This document shows positions 50,384 through 59,765 of a stretch of DNA of 64,000 bases, one piece after another. Below the pieces are notes generated by a model, which was given only the letters and a program-made list of their open reading frames with translations, did no database searches and had not been told where the DNA came from. The translations under genes were made by a program, and so were the position numbers. Source of the DNA: a virus; IMG/VR virus record IMGVR_UViG_3300008114_000040, positions 25,568 through 89,567 of that record. One strand, 5' to 3'. Position 1 is the stretch's first letter, and the number at the start of each line of letters is the position of its first letter.

Positions 50384-51475
50384 ATGAATGTCAAAATAAC
50401 TTATCACGACACCGTTTCAAAAGAAGAACAAAAATTAATTGAGGAGTTTATATCTTTTTTAAAAATAAAATATCCATTGGAAAAAGATGTATTTATTGAT
50501 TTTTTGAAAAAGAGAACAAGTGAAATGTCAACTGGTGGTAGAACCTCAACACATCATCTAAAAATTTTGGTTAAAGATAGACTAAACCGAGATGTTCTTA
50601 GATCCTTAGTTCACGAATGGGTGCACGAATATCAAAGGACTGTATTGGGAAGAAAAAAAGGTCCGGAAATTGGTGGAAAAAACGAGGACGAAGCAAATGC
50701 TATTGCTGGACAAATGATGAAAAAGTTTGAAAAAACACATAAAGAAGAACTACCAAAAATTTATAAAAGTTTTTCCGAACAAATAACAAAACTTGAGGAA
50801 TCATTAAATATTGAATCATTTAATAACTCACAAATCATATCTGAAATAAAACAAGTCAGTGTTGAAAAATTACCGTATGAATATGATTCACTTGAAAGTT
50901 TTATTGACCCAGAAACAATGGAAACACATTATACAAAACACTACAAGGGTTATGTTGAAAAACTAAATGTGGAACTTGAAAAAATAAAAGGGAAGGATTT
51001 GGATTTGGAGGAAATTGTAACAAATATATCAAAATTTAATACAACGATTAAAAATAATGGTGGTGGTGCGTTCAATCACGCTCTTTTTTGGAAAATGTTA
51101 TCACCCAAAAAACAAACAATTAAAGATCCAATCAAAACAAAAATTGAAAAAACTTTTGGTTCGTTTGAAAAATTTAAAGATACGTTTGAAGAAGCCGCAA
51201 AGTCCAGATTTGGTTCCGGTTGGGTTTGGTTGATACTAACCGATAAAAATAGATTAAAGATTGTAACGACCGCAAATCAAGATAACCCACTAATGAATTC
51301 AGAAAAAGAAAGGGGTTATCCGTTGTTGGGACTGGATGTTTGGGAACATGCATATTATTTAAAATACAAAAATAAAAGGGACAAATATGTGTCAAACTTT
51401 TGGAAAGTTGTAAATTGGGGTTTTGTAAATGACCAATACACAACCAGACTAGATATTCTAAAATTCAAACAATAA
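50384..51475 (+). CDS. sod: Fe/Mn superoxide dismutase fused to an N-terminal HExxH metallopeptidase-like domain
   Basis: C-terminal ~200 aa: LPYEYDSLE, HYTKHYKGY, FNHALFW, FGSGWVWL, NQD, DVWEHAYY; N-terminal LVHEWVHE...EDEANA. Confidence 0.88.
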   Translation: MNVKITYHDTVSKEEQKLIEEFISFLKIKYPLEKDVFIDFLKKRTSEMSTGGRTSTHHLKILVKDRLNRDVLRSLVHEWVHEYQRTVLGRKKGPEIGGKNEDEANAIAGQMMKKFEKTHKEELPKIYKSFSEQITKLEESLNIESFNNSQIISEIKQVSVEKLPYEYDSLESFIDPETMETHYTKHYKGYVEKLNVELEKIKGKDLDLEEIVTNISKFNTTIKNNGGGAFNHALFWKMLSPKKQTIKDPIKTKIEKTFGSFEKFKDTFEEAAKSRFGSGWVWLILTDKNRLKIVTTANQDNPLMNSEKERGYPLLGLDVWEHAYYLKYKNKRDKYVSNFWKVVNWGFVNDQYTTRLDILKFKQ

Positions 51476-51499
51476 GATATTTATAAAAAAATATATCTT

Positions 51500-52618
51500 A
51501 TGTCAACTTCAATAATTACAGAACCACAAAGATCAAAATTATATAAAAGAATTAGAAATCTTTTGGGTGCACCACTAAGGGGTGTTGAGTTAGAGGATGA
51601 AATGATGGATTCATTGTTGGAACTTTCAATTCAAGATTATTCACAACACGTTAATGATTGGTTAATTGAATCTCAGTGGTCCTCAGTTTATGGTTTAAAC
51701 CTTGATGAACAATCATTGACGAGAGCTTTTACAACCAGAAGTTTGGACTGGGAAACACAATATACGTATGCTTACTCAAAAATTGTTGGTTTACAAGCTG
51801 GTGGTGATTGGGTGTTAGAAAAAGATTATGTTGATTTAATTCCAGGTCAACAAATATATGAAATACCAGCAGGTAGAGAAATAAATGAACTTTTATGGTT
51901 TGCAAGACCAGAATTAGATGCTGCTTATTTTGATCCATTTATGGGTGGATTTGGTGGGTTCGGTGGTATCGGACTTGGTGGTGGTGCCGGATTTTCTCAA
52001 ATGGGAACTACCGGAAATTATTTCATCACGCCAGCTTCCGATATATTACTTAGAATGGCTGACATCCAAATGAAAAGGAGATTAATTACCGGTGACTTAA
52101 CATATAGAGTTACTGCACTTCCGGAAGGTAAAAAAGCCCTACATTTATACAACGTACCTGGTGGTAAGTTTGATTTTGGTAACATACAAAGAAACCAATA
52201 TAGAGTGTGGTATTGGTACTATAACACCTTTGACCGTGACGATTGTTTGGCTAAAAACCCAGATGTTGTTAGATTACCATCAGACGTTCCTATTGACGAA
52301 ACGAGATGGGATGAATTAAATAGTCCAGCACAAACTTGGGTTAGAAGATGGTTTACAGCTTATTGTAAAGAAACCTTAGCCAGAGTTAGAGGTAAGTATA
52401 GTGGTAACTTAAAAACACCAGATTCTGAATTAACACTTGAATATCAAACACTACAATCTGAAGCCAAAGATGAAAAAGCCATGTTGTGGGAGGAATTAAA
52501 AACCAGACTTGAAAGATTGAGACCTGAAAAACAATGGGAAATCAAAGGTACTATGGCTGAAAATATGAATAAAGCTCTTAAATTTAGACCATTTAATAGC
52601 CCATATAATATCATATAA
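51500..52618 (+). CDS. Neck / head-tail adaptor (T4 gp13-like)
   Basis: LLGAPLRGVEL, WVRRWFTAYCKETLARVRGKY, ELTL..LQSEA..EK..L.EEL. Confidence 0.75.
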   Translation: MSTSIITEPQRSKLYKRIRNLLGAPLRGVELEDEMMDSLLELSIQDYSQHVNDWLIESQWSSVYGLNLDEQSLTRAFTTRSLDWETQYTYAYSKIVGLQAGGDWVLEKDYVDLIPGQQIYEIPAGREINELLWFARPELDAAYFDPFMGGFGGFGGIGLGGGAGFSQMGTTGNYFITPASDILLRMADIQMKRRLITGDLTYRVTALPEGKKALHLYNVPGGKFDFGNIQRNQYRVWYWYYNTFDRDDCLAKNPDVVRLPSDVPIDETRWDELNSPAQTWVRRWFTAYCKETLARVRGKYSGNLKTPDSELTLEYQTLQSEAKDEKAMLWEELKTRLERLRPEKQWEIKGTMAENMNKALKFRPFNSPYNII

Positions 52619-52624
52619 TTCATT

Positions 52625-52957
52625 ATGGCAATATATAGAAACACGCCTTCAATTAGAATTATAAATGGTCACGAAATTAAAACTTCGGATTCTGTTGTTG
52701 TAACAAATAAAAGTTATACCACAAACGGAGAATTTATTGTGGTGGTTAGGGATGTTGATTATTGTGAGGTGTTTTTGGATTCAAAAACAACCGACCATAT
52801 AGTCATAAAATCACTTACGTATGTTTTAATAAAAGCAGACAGTAAAATTGACGACGAGTTTGATGAAATTGAAATCGGTGAGGGTGCGTCAGTTGAATTT
52901 AAAAACGTTGGTGGTATATGGTATATAATATCATCTGACGGTTTGAAGGGTTCTTAG
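52625..52957 (+). CDS. Small beta-rich hypothetical protein (virion-type)
   Basis: 110 aa ending ..SVEFKNVGGIWYIISS. Confidence 0.5.
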   Translation: MAIYRNTPSIRIINGHEIKTSDSVVVTNKSYTTNGEFIVVVRDVDYCEVFLDSKTTDHIVIKSLTYVLIKADSKIDDEFDEIEIGEGASVEFKNVGGIWYIISSDGLKGS

Positions 52958-55857
52958 TCAAAAGCCAAACTCATTAAATCACCATCTTCATCAAATTCGT
53001 AAATTTCTTCATCATCAATTTTGTTATCAATCTTGTGTGTTTCCATTAACTTTTTGTTATGTTCAACCCTTTCTGAATCAACCAAATTAATGGTATCATC
53101 AATATACATATAATACGGATCAATACCCACCTTTTTCCAAAACGAAAGTTCCATGTCAGAAAGTGTCAACAATTCATCTAAGGTATCTTGATCTTTTTCT
53201 TTATTTGGATAACCTCTAGTTAATTCTGTTTGAGATTTTGTAAATATCGGTCTATCTTTTGGGTCCTCAATTAAAATATCCTTTCTGATGTCCGTACTAT
53301 ATACAACTAATAACGGTTCAATTCGTTTGTTAAATGCAGCCAAAATACGCGGAACATTGTACTCACCCAACATATCCGGGTTTCTCTCAATTTCCTTCTC
53401 ATCAATTAAATAACAATTCAAAATTAATTCATCTTCATATTCAATTGGGAAAGGTTTACCGTTGTTAGTTTCATACAAAAACACTTCTTCTTTTGTTGCC
53501 TTAATTTTTTTAGTTTTTTTCTGAACATCACCTTGTGATTTTTTAACACCATTGTTTACATAATAAATGGTATCACCAAGTCCTGGATTTTTACCTTCCC
53601 TTATAAGTAACTCCATATGTGCTTGTCTGGACATCAGATTCCCAGCTTTTGTTCTTTTAGTTATATGAACCTTATAGTCCTCAATAGATTGTTTAACTCT
53701 AGCTTTACTGGCGACTTTGGCTAATGGTATTTGTTTGTTGTATATCTTATCCACATATTCATAATAGAAATCCAAAAACTCACCACCCTTACCGTCAAGT
53801 AACATTCTAAGTCCTTTATCCAAAAACTCGGCAACATATGTTTGAAGTTTTTTTGACTTAATGGTATTTCCGGTAAGTTTAACTTTACCCTTATCAGTTA
53901 ATAATGCGTAGTTTTTTCTTGCAACATTAATAGTTGTTGGCCACACACCATCAATATCTAGACCCATCTCATTTCGCATAAATGTGTCGTTATATTCCGC
54001 AACATCCGCTTCAGCACCAGTATACTCCTTTCCTTTTTCAACCAACCCATTAAGTCCCTTTCCGATATAGGTATAAGTGTCCCTACCTTGAGGAGTCTCA
54101 AAGTTTACACCATCCGTATCTAAAACTAGGGGAATGTACCCTCGTTTCATAAAATACATAATCATCTGTCTAAGATATTGCCTACCGGTACACGTAATCT
54201 GTTCTCCCATGTCCATATCACCCCAGGCAAATACGTGTGGGGCCGAGAGTGACCCAAAGAATGCGTTGATGAAGATTTTGATTGGTAATTGTTTCCTGTC
54301 GTATGAAACAGAAAGTTTCGGATCCGTTTTTTTAAATTCACTTGCTAAGTTTTTATATTTTATACGTGTATCACGAAAGTACTTTAACATACTTTTCATG
54401 GCACCCATTACGTCACATTTTGGAAATACGTCGTGAACCAACTGAATGGAAGGATATAGGGATGAGTAGTCAAGTTTCAATACGTTTTTTGAGTAACCCA
54501 CCTGTAGTAACCTTGAAAGTCCTCCGGTGAATTTTCTTTTTGGTAATTTTCTTGGGATTGCCAAATTGTGTTTGTATGACCACGCACACATAATCATTTT
54601 CCATAAAGTGGCGGTACCCATCGTGGATAACCTCTCATATGTTGTTGGTACTAGTTTTGAAAGTAAGAAATTCGCTTGATTGAATTGTTCATCCACAACC
54701 ATCGTTTCATAAAGGTCATCGTCAAGATATTGTTCAATAATTTCAGATCCGGATATCTTTTTGTATACATCATCCCTCCTTGAACAAATTTCATCTATTT
54801 TTAAATCAATGCCGACCCTTTTGTAGTTCCCATTTTCTTTATTCATCCAATAGTTATCATTCTCAAAATAAATTTTTCCGATTTTATCACCCTCAACATA
54901 TACCCGGTTTTCTTTTTCGGCTTCAATAAATTTAGTTATGTATTTCAATGACCAACTTTTAATATCGGAGTTAATTGCTTGTGCTCTCCTTACCGCATGC
55001 GCAATATCAACAATGTTATACCCCCACATTTGGGTTTGCGTGTAGGGTTCCATTTCATTTGCCAACTTTAATAATCCTTCTTTTTGTTTTAAAGAGTAAT
55101 CCGGATTAAGGGTTTTACTAATCTTTTTGATATTTAATTTTAAAATTTCAGCTCGTTTTAAAATAAATGGGAAGTCAAAGAAAGCGGAGTTATACCCACC
55201 AATTAAGGATGGTTTTAATTTATCAATTGTGTCAAAAAATTCCACAATCATCTTTCTTTCTTCTTCTTCGTTTTGGGCCGATAAAAGTTTCAAAAATCCA
55301 CGGTTGTCCTTCATACCAATAAGGAATATCTTACTGGTTTTTGGATCCAAACCCGTGGTCTCAATATCAAATACAAACCGGTGAATTTCATCATATTCAT
55401 CAAAACCCTTAAATAATCTTTTGTTTCTTTGAATCAAGTATTGTTCAACTGGTGAAAGGATTGAAATAAAATCAGAGTTATCCCTACCCCACGGGTCAAG
55501 TCCACCACCCTTAAAAAAGTTTACTAGGTTTGAATATGATTTTGTTGTTTTAACAATATATGTAAGTCCGGTTTTTAATCGTTCATCACCGCGATGTTCC
55601 AATTTTTCAATAATAATTCCGTTCTCGGACATTGCCTTCTTTTGGAAGTCCTTATTACCTTTATAGAAATTTTTGGTACGTAAATCACCAACCCAGGCAA
55701 ATGGAATAAATGTATCCATTCTCAAAAGTTTACCTTTGATTGGATCTTGGATTACCTTAAAAATTTTGTCGGTTTTGTAGTCGTACTCTAGTGCTACTAT
55801 GTATTTTTCGTCGTCCTCGCCGTGTAGGAAACGTTCAATTTCTTCTTGTGGAACCAT
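52954..55857 (-). CDS. Family B DNA polymerase with 3'-5' exonuclease
   Basis: ExoI FDIETTG, ExoII GYNSAFFDFPF, motif A DYSSLYPS, motif B KIFINAFFG, motif C DTDG, KNYA. Confidence 0.95.
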   Translation of the reverse strand: MVPQEEIERFLHGEDDEKYIVALEYDYKTDKIFKVIQDPIKGKLLRMDTFIPFAWVGDLRTKNFYKGNKDFQKKAMSENGIIIEKLEHRGDERLKTGLTYIVKTTKSYSNLVNFFKGGGLDPWGRDNSDFISILSPVEQYLIQRNKRLFKGFDEYDEIHRFVFDIETTGLDPKTSKIFLIGMKDNRGFLKLLSAQNEEEERKMIVEFFDTIDKLKPSLIGGYNSAFFDFPFILKRAEILKLNIKKISKTLNPDYSLKQKEGLLKLANEMEPYTQTQMWGYNIVDIAHAVRRAQAINSDIKSWSLKYITKFIEAEKENRVYVEGDKIGKIYFENDNYWMNKENGNYKRVGIDLKIDEICSRRDDVYKKISGSEIIEQYLDDDLYETMVVDEQFNQANFLLSKLVPTTYERLSTMGTATLWKMIMCAWSYKHNLAIPRKLPKRKFTGGLSRLLQVGYSKNVLKLDYSSLYPSIQLVHDVFPKCDVMGAMKSMLKYFRDTRIKYKNLASEFKKTDPKLSVSYDRKQLPIKIFINAFFGSLSAPHVFAWGDMDMGEQITCTGRQYLRQMIMYFMKRGYIPLVLDTDGVNFETPQGRDTYTYIGKGLNGLVEKGKEYTGAEADVAEYNDTFMRNEMGLDIDGVWPTTINVARKNYALLTDKGKVKLTGNTIKSKKLQTYVAEFLDKGLRMLLDGKGGEFLDFYYEYVDKIYNKQIPLAKVASKARVKQSIEDYKVHITKRTKAGNLMSRQAHMELLIREGKNPGLGDTIYYVNNGVKKSQGDVQKKTKKIKATKEEVFLYETNNGKPFPIEYEDELILNCYLIDEKEIERNPDMLGEYNVPRILAAFNKRIEPLLVVYSTDIRKDILIEDPKDRPIFTKSQTELTRGYPNKEKDQDTLDELLTLSDMELSFWKKVGIDPYYMYIDDTINLVDSERVEHNKKLMETHKIDNKIDDEEIYEFDEDGDLMSLAFD

Positions 55858-55922
55858 ATATAATCTATTTTAAATTTGGGTTATTATGCTCAAAAACTAA
55901 GTTTTGATTTCCCTTTAACTTA

Positions 55923-55950
55923 AAAATAGAATTAATTTTCGGTTTGTCAA
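55923..55950 (-). promoter_or_regulatory. Sigma70-like early promoter upstream of the DNA polymerase
   Basis: TTGACA-N16-TATTTT on the minus strand. Confidence 0.55.
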
Positions 55951-56300
55951 ATGATATTTATGTAAAGATTTTCACCGATTGGTACAATCAAATCACCGGT
56001 TTCAAGTTCGGCAAAAAATTCACCCACAAACCTACCCTTCTTACTTGTGTCCTTTCCGGACCATTTATAAAACACATAATATTCTCTGGGTGAATCAATG
56101 TTGTTTCTTATTTTTTCTGTAACATATGCAGGTTTCATAAATATTTTTTGAATTCCGTCATCTTCACTTCTCATTGAGAATTTAATGTTGGCGTTTACTA
56201 GTTCATCATAAAACAACTTATCTGAGTCAGTTCTACCGTCTCTTACCACATCCATAAGTAATATGGGTAAATTACTATTTTGTTTGATAAAAAAATCCAT
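55947..56300 (-). CDS. Ig-like / BppU-like structural protein
   Basis: FFIKQNSNLP.L...Y.W...DT...G.F.GEF...P....L.I.I pattern; TATTTAT upstream. Confidence 0.5.
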   Translation of the reverse strand: MDFFIKQNSNLPILLMDVVRDGRTDSDKLFYDELVNANIKFSMRSEDDGIQKIFMKPAYVTEKIRNNIDSPREYYVFYKWSGKDTSKKGRFVGEFFAELETGDLIVPIGENLYINII

Positions 56301-56314
56301 TAACTATAAATAGT

Positions 56315-56698
56315 TCAATCCTCAAATAATCTAAAAAATAGAGTAAAAGATAATCCAAAAATAATTCTGGCAATTATTACATATAAAAGACAATTGGTTT
56401 GAGATATACAATGTGTGAACAAAAAATAGATTCCGGAAAAAATAAATAGGGTTCTTAATAGTTTGAACAAATGCCAAGCATCTGTAAAACCAACAAGTAA
56501 TGATTTTGACAAGAAAAATTTCTCACCTTTTAGTGGGTCACTATCTTTATATTTATTTTTCCAGGAAAGTTGTGGATTCCAAAAAAGTTGGTTTTTTAGA
56601 TTTTTGAATATGGATAAGTCATAATGAAATTGTAATTTATCCATCGCCGCTTCACTCACTCCTGCTAAAACAAATAACACAAACCCTAGATATTCCAT
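56315..56698 (-). CDS. Membrane protein
   Basis: About three hydrophobic segments; FWNP..SWKNKY and FTDAWHLFK motifs. Confidence 0.55.
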   Translation of the reverse strand: MEYLGFVLFVLAGVSEAAMDKLQFHYDLSIFKNLKNQLFWNPQLSWKNKYKDSDPLKGEKFFLSKSLLVGFTDAWHLFKLLRTLFIFSGIYFLFTHCISQTNCLLYVIIARIIFGLSFTLFFRLFED

Positions 56699-56889
56699 CA
56701 GTTATTTTTAATGTATTTAAGGTACCAAACAAGTGATCCGACAAAACCACCATAAATAGCGACAAATGAACCGATTAGTGGATATAATTCATCCAAGTAC
56801 CCATCTTTAATCCAAAATGGATAAAGTACGGAACAAACACCCAAAAAAACAACTGGAAGTAAGTGGAATATATGTTTTACTATTTTCAT
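56698..56889 (-). CDS. Small two-TM membrane protein (start likely 56889)
   Basis: MKIVKHIFHLLPVVFLGVCSVLYP...LIGSFVAIYGGFVGSLVW; TATTTAT at 56905-56911 favours this later start. Confidence 0.45.
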   Translation of the reverse strand: MKIVKHIFHLLPVVFLGVCSVLYPFWIKDGYLDELYPLIGSFVAIYGGFVGSLVWYLKYIKNN

Positions 56890-56935
56890 AACTATTATTT
56901 TAATATAAATAGTTTCCAAAAATATTTATCATTAA

Positions 56936-57523
56936 ATGAGCGACAAATTAGAGAAATTAAAACTGAACAAACTTATTCAAGAGTACAATTATTTGATGAT
57001 AGATTTTGAATATAAAATGGAGGTTGTTGAAGAATATCGGCAACCATTTATGAATGATGTTGCCGAAAAAAGAAAAACCGAGGAACCAAAACCACCACCA
57101 CCTCCCCCACCAATTAATGAGAACAAAAACGAAGAACCGAAAAAAAAAGATCCGAAAATAAAAGATGAGGTTTTGGATGATGAAACAAAAGGTAAAATCA
57201 AAAAGATATTTCGTGACATTGTTAAAAAATCACATCCAGATAAAATTGGTTCTGATGAACATTTGGAAATTTATATTTCGGCAAAAGACGCATATGAGGA
57301 TAATGACCTAATGGAACTGTATAGAATTTGTGGAAAATTGGGTATTTCTGTTGATCCGGAAGTTCAAGATATGTTATTGCTTGAGGAATTAATTGAAATG
57401 AAACGACAAGAAATTAAAAATCTTGAATCATCATTTATTTGGTCGTGGATTAAAACCGAAACACAAGAACAAAAAGACGGATTGGTTAATCAGTTTATTA
57501 AAACACATCATCAGAAATTCTAA
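56936..57523 (+). CDS. DnaJ (J-domain) protein with poly-proline linker
   Basis: KIKKIFRDIVKKSHPDK...ISAKDAYE carries the HPD motif; PKPPPPPPP. Confidence 0.7.
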   Translation: MSDKLEKLKLNKLIQEYNYLMIDFEYKMEVVEEYRQPFMNDVAEKRKTEEPKPPPPPPPINENKNEEPKKKDPKIKDEVLDDETKGKIKKIFRDIVKKSHPDKIGSDEHLEIYISAKDAYEDNDLMELYRICGKLGISVDPEVQDMLLLEELIEMKRQEIKNLESSFIWSWIKTETQEQKDGLVNQFIKTHHQKF

Positions 57524-57524
57524 A

Positions 57525-58115
57525 TCATTTAATAAAATACCAGCTTGAGAATAATTCTGGAGTAAAATTAATTTTCACATCATATTTTTTGATTATTTCA
57601 TCAATTGCTGTATTAACTCCGAAATTACCCAAAAAGTTATCACCAGAATAAATTGCCTTATCTTTGTTGTTGTCAAGAAATTTTCCGTCGTACCAATGAA
57701 TCATCATATAATCGTGTCCGGCAATTAATCCACCTTTTTTAACTTTTGGAAACCAGTTATTAAAATCGGTCATAAAACCATCATATGAATGGTTGGCATC
57801 CAAATATACAAAATCCAAACTATCATCTGAAAATAACTTGCAAGCCACTTCTGAAGGCATTCGCATCATATGTGCCCTATCGGCAAATTTTGATATGTTT
57901 TTTATACAGTCAACAATAACACCCGAATCTTCATCGTTGTTATTTGTGTCAATATAATCGTCAATTTTTCTCCACACATCAACCATAAACAACGTACCAT
58001 CCTTCCATCTGGACAAAAGTGCTTTTGAAAATTCACCTCTTAACGTTCCAACCTCAACACCTTTTTTGTAGTTGTTTCTTACCAAAATATCTGAAATTAT
58101 ATCTTCCCTTCTCAT
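57525..58115 (-). CDS. Class I SAM-dependent methyltransferase (Methyltransf_24-like, often glycan-associated)
   Basis: GVEVGTLRGEFS, VDVW, LDFVYLDANHSY, KVKKGGLIAGHDY. Confidence 0.85.
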   Translation of the reverse strand: MRREDIISDILVRNNYKKGVEVGTLRGEFSKALLSRWKDGTLFMVDVWRKIDDYIDTNNNDEDSGVIVDCIKNISKFADRAHMMRMPSEVACKLFSDDSLDFVYLDANHSYDGFMTDFNNWFPKVKKGGLIAGHDYMMIHWYDGKFLDNNKDKAIYSGDNFLGNFGVNTAIDEIIKKYDVKINFTPELFSSWYFIK

Positions 58116-58852
58116 AATTTTAATTTTAAAACTTTAGAATAATATTCAAACCAATAACGTTCTTGCCACAATGTACCTTCTTCCAAATACACTGGTGGTT
58201 TGTTCTGCCAAGGTTTTTTAACAACATAATGTAATATCTTAACATATTTTGGCAAACCCAAATTTTTAAAAATTCCTTTATTGTAAATTTTCAAAAAGTT
58301 ATAGGAAATCGGAATATCGGTTATAACATCCAAAAAATAGTTATTGATTATGTCCTGATCCAAATGTTCGGTAATTCCGTACAATTCGGTTAATTTAATT
58401 AAGTCTGTTGTTATTTTTGTATTTAAATATTTTTTATTTATAACCATAACACCGGTATTGTGTTGATCAATAAATAATTCTCTAACCGCACCAAAATCGT
58501 CCTTGAAATCAATTAAATAATCAATATTACCCAAAATAAGGGTGTCAGAATCTAAAAATATAATTTTATCAAAATCCACCATTGAAAAAAGTTCAAACTT
58601 GGTATAATCACCAAAGGCCATTCGTTCTTTTTTCATCTCATTTATTTTCTCATATTTTGATTCATCATATCTTTTTAATGAGATATTATCATAAATTTTT
58701 CTTGACGTGATTAAATCTTCGTCCGTCAAATCATTTGATATAATAACAAAAGGAAAATTTTCATTCTCAATTCTTGGGTTATTTTCAATAAGTGATTTTA
58801 ACATCACTTCAAACCCAACTAAATAATTTTTATCGCAATTTGTAACAAACAT
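58112..58852 (-). CDS. Glycosyltransferase family 8
   Basis: YL.GF.VML.SL, FLDSDTL (DxD), NTGVMVI, DQDIIN, YN, ILHY...KPW. Confidence 0.88.
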   Translation of the reverse strand: MFVTNCDKNYLVGFEVMLKSLIENNPRIENENFPFVIISNDLTDEDLITSRKIYDNISLKRYDESKYEKINEMKKERMAFGDYTKFELFSMVDFDKIIFLDSDTLILGNIDYLIDFKDDFGAVRELFIDQHNTGVMVINKKYLNTKITTDLIKLTELYGITEHLDQDIINNYFLDVITDIPISYNFLKIYNKGIFKNLGLPKYVKILHYVVKKPWQNKPPVYLEEGTLWQERYWFEYYSKVLKLKL

Positions 58853-58943
58853 ATGATAATTCTAAAATAACAAATTATTTTTTAAATGGTTGAGGGTTTA
58901 AAAAAACAAATTATTTTGTTATCATTCATTTAAAAAACAAGTT

Positions 58944-59765
58944 ATGGTAAAAAAGATATTTTTTCAAAGTTCATTACCCAGGGCCGGGTCAACATTATTT
59001 CAAAATGTTATTTCACAAAATCCAGAATTTTATGCGACTCCAACTTCTGGAGTACTGGAATTAATTTACGCATCAAGAGGAAACTATACCAATTCACCTG
59101 AGTTCAAAGCTCAAGATGGTGAATTAATGAAAAAAGGATTTTTGTCCTTTTGTAAAAACGGTGTTGAAGGGTTTTTTAATGGTATCACTGATAAACCTTA
59201 TGTGGTTGATAAAAGTAGAGGTTGGGGAGTCCATTATAATTGGTTAAATTCATTTTATCCGAACGCAAAAGTCGTATGTATGGTAAGAGACCTAAGAGGC
59301 ATTTTTGCTTCAATGGAGAAGAACTATAGAAAAAATATGCACCTTGATAGTGGCATTGTTAATCATTCACAAATGAAGGGAACCACAACAGAAAAAAGGA
59401 TTGATATTTGGTCAAGTTCCCAACCAGTTGGACTTGCAATTGAAAGGTTGTACCAAATTTTAAAGGAGGGTAACGGAAGAAATATGTTATTTATTCGTTT
59501 TGAGGACTTTTGTTTGGACCCAAAAACACAAATGGAAAGAGTATATAACTATTTTGAATTACCTTATTATGAAGGACATGATTTTGATAACGTAGCTCAA
59601 GTAACAAAAGAAGATGATTCAGTATATGGTATTTATGGTGATCACGTAATAAAACAAAAAATTGAACCACAAAAATTGGATTATAAAGAAGTTTTGGGTA
59701 TCAATGTATGTAGTAATATAAAAAGTAAATATAAGTGGTTCTACGATGAATTCAGATACAACTAA
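58944..59765 (+). CDS. PAPS-dependent sulfotransferase
   Basis: 5'-PSB loop SLPRAGSTL, DKSR.W, 3'-PB motif VRDLRGIFAS, IRFEDF..DP. Confidence 0.88.
   Translation: MVKKIFFQSSLPRAGSTLFQNVISQNPEFYATPTSGVLELIYASRGNYTNSPEFKAQDGELMKKGFLSFCKNGVEGFFNGITDKPYVVDKSRGWGVHYNWLNSFYPNAKVVCMVRDLRGIFASMEKNYRKNMHLDSGIVNHSQMKGTTTEKRIDIWSSSQPVGLAIERLYQILKEGNGRNMLFIRFEDFCLDPKTQMERVYNYFELPYYEGHDFDNVAQVTKEDDSVYGIYGDHVIKQKIEPQKLDYKEVLGINVCSNIKSKYKWFYDEFRYN

Noticed and set aside
56315-56919. Holin call for the two small membrane proteins
   Set aside because: No adjacent endolysin and no recognisable holin motif
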